A DNA stretch of 64,000 bases. It comes from Candidatus Bathyarchaeota archaeon (GTDB lineage Archaea; Thermoproteota; Bathyarchaeia; Bathyarchaeales; Bathycorpusculaceae). The position numbers were made by a program, and so were the translations under genes. Numbering within the stretch: position 1 is the first letter of the stretch; each line of letters starts with the position of its first letter. The stretch spans positions 64,001-128,000 of the forward strand of contig CAWABA010000009.1 in assembly GCA_963780185.1 (NCBI GenBank), read 5' to 3'. The notes under the pieces were generated by a model. It worked only from the letters and a program-made list of their open reading frames with translations. It ran no database searches and had not been told where the DNA came from. Of this stretch, positions 60,680 through 64,000 are shown one piece after another.

Positions 60680-61657
60680 ATGGTAAACAAAAATATCATT
60701 TACATCGCAACCGTGATAATAATCATCACGATAGTTTCAGGCGCCTTTCTTTACGTAAACACAAAAACGTCAAACCAAACAAACACAAAAAATAACATCT
60801 CAGTTACAGATGACGAAGGCTACACTACCAATTTAACTGCGCTTCCAGAGAGAATCATTTCGTTGGCACCTGCCTGCACGCAAATTCTTTTCGCTCTCGG
60901 CGACGGCAACAAAGTCGTGGGCGTAACCGACTATGACAACTACCCATACAATTTCTCGGCGTGGATCGCGGCTGGCAACATGACAAGCATCGGCGGCTAC
61001 TCGACCCCGAACATGGAAGCTATCGCCTCGCTTCGCCCAGACCTGATAGTGTCAGACAACATTAACGATGCGATACTGCCGAACCTTAGAAGCTTAAATT
61101 ACAAAGTAATCGTCATTAACCCAACCAGCATCGACGGCGTCTACCAAGACTTGACCATGGTGGGCAAAGCAACCGGTGCCCAAACAAAAGCCGCCAGCGT
61201 GATTGCCAACATGACTAGCACAATCAGCAACATACAAGCGAAAATAGCGGCTGCAAATATTGCTACTGAGCCGAAAGTTTACTATGAAGTCTGGTCAGAC
61301 CCGCTTATGAGTGCGGGTTCAACTACCTGGATAAATGACGTTATCAGCAAGGCTGGCGGAGTCAACATATTCGCTAACGAAACACAGCAGTACCCAACCG
61401 TTGCCTCAGAAACAATAGTTTCGCTTAACCCCGACGTAATTCTGCTGCCGACCAACATGGGAACTGGAACCCCGTTCTACGGAACTGTGCAAGACGTGAA
61501 ATCGACGCCGGGCTGGAACACAATCAACGCAGTCAAAAACGACAAAATATACGTAATCGACCAAGACCTATTCGCTGAACCAGGACCAAGAGTCGCTGAC
61601 CAAGTATATGCAGTCGCACAGTGCCTTTACCCACAACTTTTTAACTCAACAACCTAA
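60680..61657 (+). CDS. btuF: Cobalamin/Fe-chelate ABC substrate-binding protein
   Basis: PERIISLAP, VVGVTDYDNYP, PNMEAI, AGGVNIF, AVKNDKIY, PGPR. Confidence 0.88.
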   Translation: MVNKNIIYIATVIIIITIVSGAFLYVNTKTSNQTNTKNNISVTDDEGYTTNLTALPERIISLAPACTQILFALGDGNKVVGVTDYDNYPYNFSAWIAAGNMTSIGGYSTPNMEAIASLRPDLIVSDNINDAILPNLRSLNYKVIVINPTSIDGVYQDLTMVGKATGAQTKAASVIANMTSTISNIQAKIAAANIATEPKVYYEVWSDPLMSAGSTTWINDVISKAGGVNIFANETQQYPTVASETIVSLNPDVILLPTNMGTGTPFYGTVQDVKSTPGWNTINAVKNDKIYVIDQDLFAEPGPRVADQVYAVAQCLYPQLFNSTT

Positions 61658-61677
61658 TTTTTTTTGTTGTGTAACTC

Positions 61678-62752
61678 ATGGATAAGCCGCAAACTGAAGG
61701 ATCGTTGGTTAAGCGTTCGTCAAGATGGAAGCTTATCTTAGCGGCGCTAATCGTGGCTTTCATCCTAACCGTAATCGTCGCGCTCAACGTCGGCTACGCA
61801 CCTATTTCTTTTTCACAAATTCTGCTGATACTGGGAAAACAAATCCCGTTTGCTCCCATCAGACTCAGCATCCATTTCACCTAAAAACAGCGCGATAATT
61901 CTGCAACTCCGTCTCCCTCGAGTGCTTGCTGGAGCCTTGGTTGGCGCTGGATTGGCGGCGGCTGGAGTGATTTATCAGGGAATCTTCAGGAACCCTATGG
62001 CTGACTCATACCTGCTTGGCGCCTCCGCGGGAGCATCAGTCGGCTACACCATTGCCGTCCTTTATGTTACATCTTCATTGTCGTTTATCGGCTTGGGGAT
62101 GACACAGGTTTTCGCGTTCATATTCGCGTTATTAACAGTCTTCGTCGTGCTAACTATTTCGCGGGTAGGTGGAAAAATCCCGACGACCACTTTGCTGCTT
62201 TCAGGTATAGTTGCAAACATTTTCCTTTTAGCGATTGAAACAGTCATGCAGCTTCGATCGGGCAAAGTGCTCAGCGGCATAGTGGCGTGGCTTGCAGGCG
62301 GATTCTCCGACACCGTTTGGACCCAATTCTACGCGGTTATGCCGATAATTCTCATAGGCATTGTGCTTACATATTTTTTCACTCGCGACCTAAACGTGCT
62401 CTCCATGGGCGAGGACACAGCGCAGCATTTGGGCGTAAACACAGAAAGAACCCGCCAAATCTTGCTTGCTATTGCCTCTTTGATAACTGCGGCTTGCGTC
62501 GCAATAAGCGGGGTAATAGGCTTCGTAGGCTTAATAATTCCTCACATGACGCGACTTGTAATTGGACCTGACCACCGCATCCTATTGCCTGCCTCCACAA
62601 TCGTCGGAGCCATTTTCCTGGTAATTTGCGATTCCGTGGCGCGGGTTGCTACAGGTGCGTCTGAGCTGCCGGTAGGCGTCATAACTGCCCTTGTAGGTAC
62701 CCCATTCTTTATTTATCTGCTTAGAAGGAGAAAAACAAGTTATTCGCTTTGA
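61678..62752 (+). CDS. btuC: FecCD/BtuC-type permease (frameshift ~61850)
   Basis: LRLPRV, QGIFRNPMA, GEDTAQHLGV, GVIGFVGLIIPH, ELPVG. Confidence 0.9.
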
Positions 62753-62761
62753 GGATGAAGT

Positions 62762-64000
62762 ATGATGTTGTTGAATGTGAATGGTGTGGAATGCCGTTAC
62801 GGCTCAAGGAAAATCTTGGAAAACGTTAGTCTCTGCGTGAAGGAAGGCGACTTCGTGGGAATCCTCGGTCCGAACGGCTCAGGAAAAACTACACTTCTAA
62901 AAAGCATAGGGCGAACCCTCAAACCCTCCAAGGGAGCCATCTTGCTTAACGACAAGGACATTTACTCGCTCAAAAGCCTAGATGTTGCAAAGCAAATGGC
63001 AGTTGTTCCGCAGGAAAACGCCATCAGCTTTAACTTTACTGCTTTGGAAGTGGTCATGATGGGACGAAGCCCTCACCTGGCAAGGTTTGAGATGGAAACT
63101 GAAAAGGACATGGATGTCACCCGAAAAGTTATGAATTTAACGAACACTTGGCATCTGGCGAATCGACCTGTAACCGAATTAAGCGGCGGCGAACGGCAAC
63201 GCGTCATCATTGCCCGCGCCTTAGCGCAAGAGCCCAAAGTTCTGCTGCTTGATGAACCCCTGACCTACCTGGACATTATTAATCAGCTGGAAGTCATGGA
63301 TTTGATAAAGTCGCTCTGCGTTTCCCAAGGTCTTATCGTTATGGCTGTTGTCCATGACCTTAATTTGGCTGCGCGATACTGTAATTGTGCGTTGCTTCTG
63401 AAAAAGGGATGCGTGTTTGCGGCAGGTTCTTTGGATGAGGTTATGACAAGTGAAAACATAAAAAACGTCTTCCAAGTAGACGCAATAGTCAAGAAAAACC
63501 CAGTCACAAATTCTCTATACATCATTCCGCTGTCACCTCCAAAATCTTCTCCACCTCGGAACTGCGCAATCCACATTGTCAGTGGCGCCGGAACAGGAAC
63601 TGTGCTGATGAAGGTTCTCCAAGAAGAGGGGTACCGTCTCACTGCAGGCGTCCTTAACGTTTTGGACACTGATTTTGAAACAACAGAGTTTCTCAACATA
63701 CCCGTCATCAGCGAAACGCCGTTTTCACCCATAACCGAAAAAACCCGAAGCGCCAACTTTGACTTAATGACCAAAGCCAGCATGATAGTAATTACCTCGG
63801 TTCCGTTTGGCTACGGCAACCTTTCAAACCTGGAGTCGGCGTTTGAAGCTGTCAAGCTGGGTATCCAAACATACATCATCGAAGAAGAACCCATTGAAGG
63901 ACGGGACTTCACAGGCGGCAAAGCAGCCGCGCTGATGCAGCAGATGAAGAAACACGGCGCCGTTTTCATCAAGCACGCGTCGGAACTGCCTGCTCTGGTC
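62762..64000 (+). CDS. btuD: BtuD-type ABC ATPase with C-terminal extension, 3' end outside window
   Basis: Manual translation: GPNGSGKTT, VVPQ, LSGGERQR, LLDEP, HDLN, then IHIVSGAGTG...AGVLNVLDTD. Confidence 0.9.
   Translation, partial: MMLLNVNGVECRYGSRKILENVSLCVKEGDFVGILGPNGSGKTTLLKSIGRTLKPSKGAILLNDKDIYSLKSLDVAKQMAVVPQENAISFNFTALEVVMMGRSPHLARFEMETEKDMDVTRKVMNLTNTWHLANRPVTELSGGERQRVIIARALAQEPKVLLLDEPLTYLDIINQLEVMDLIKSLCVSQGLIVMAVVHDLNLAARYCNCALLLKKGCVFAAGSLDEVMTSENIKNVFQVDAIVKKNPVTNSLYIIPLSPPKSSPPRNCAIHIVSGAGTGTVLMKVLQEEGYRLTAGVLNVLDTDFETTEFLNIPVISETPFSPITEKTRSANFDLMTKASMIVITSVPFGYGNLSNLESAFEAVKLGIQTYIIEEEPIEGRDFTGGKAAALMQQMKKHGAVFIKHASELPALV

Overview
Archaeal chromosomal segment, most likely Bathyarchaeia. 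This is inferred from RadA, TFB, aIF1, RqcH, Mre11/Rad50, an A1:U72 tRNA-Gln and many C-terminally anchored beta-propeller surface proteins. It holds about 65 genes: a tungsten AOR with an Fe-S partner, rqcH, radA, msrB, lsrF plus a Zn-dehydrogenase, nfeD, a surface-glycan modification cluster, tfb, aIF1, ABC systems, a CysRS paralogue, a REC-PAS histidine kinase, mre11-rad50 and a cobamide-salvage region (cbiZ-like, HemN-like radical SAM, btuFCD). About a dozen genes carry single-base frameshifts that look like unpolished long-read errors. No CRISPR array, transposase, integrase or rRNA was seen. Much of the unexplained signal is non-coding: (i) a hairpin element present twice, with identical 19-bp arms that fold into a bulge-helix-bulge-like shape; (ii) a ~200-bp dispersed element built on AAAGTCGCAA motifs; (iii) a third short dispersed repeat; (iv) several palindromic operators, two of them shared between promoters. 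Notable proteins are a CysRS paralogue lacking the anticodon domain with altered Zn ligands, a PIP-box protein directly after radA, an EMC6/OPTI-like protein, an NfeD with Lys->His at the catalytic dyad, and a beta-propeller/ArnT-like fusion. All homology calls are by eye from remembered motifs; no database search was run.
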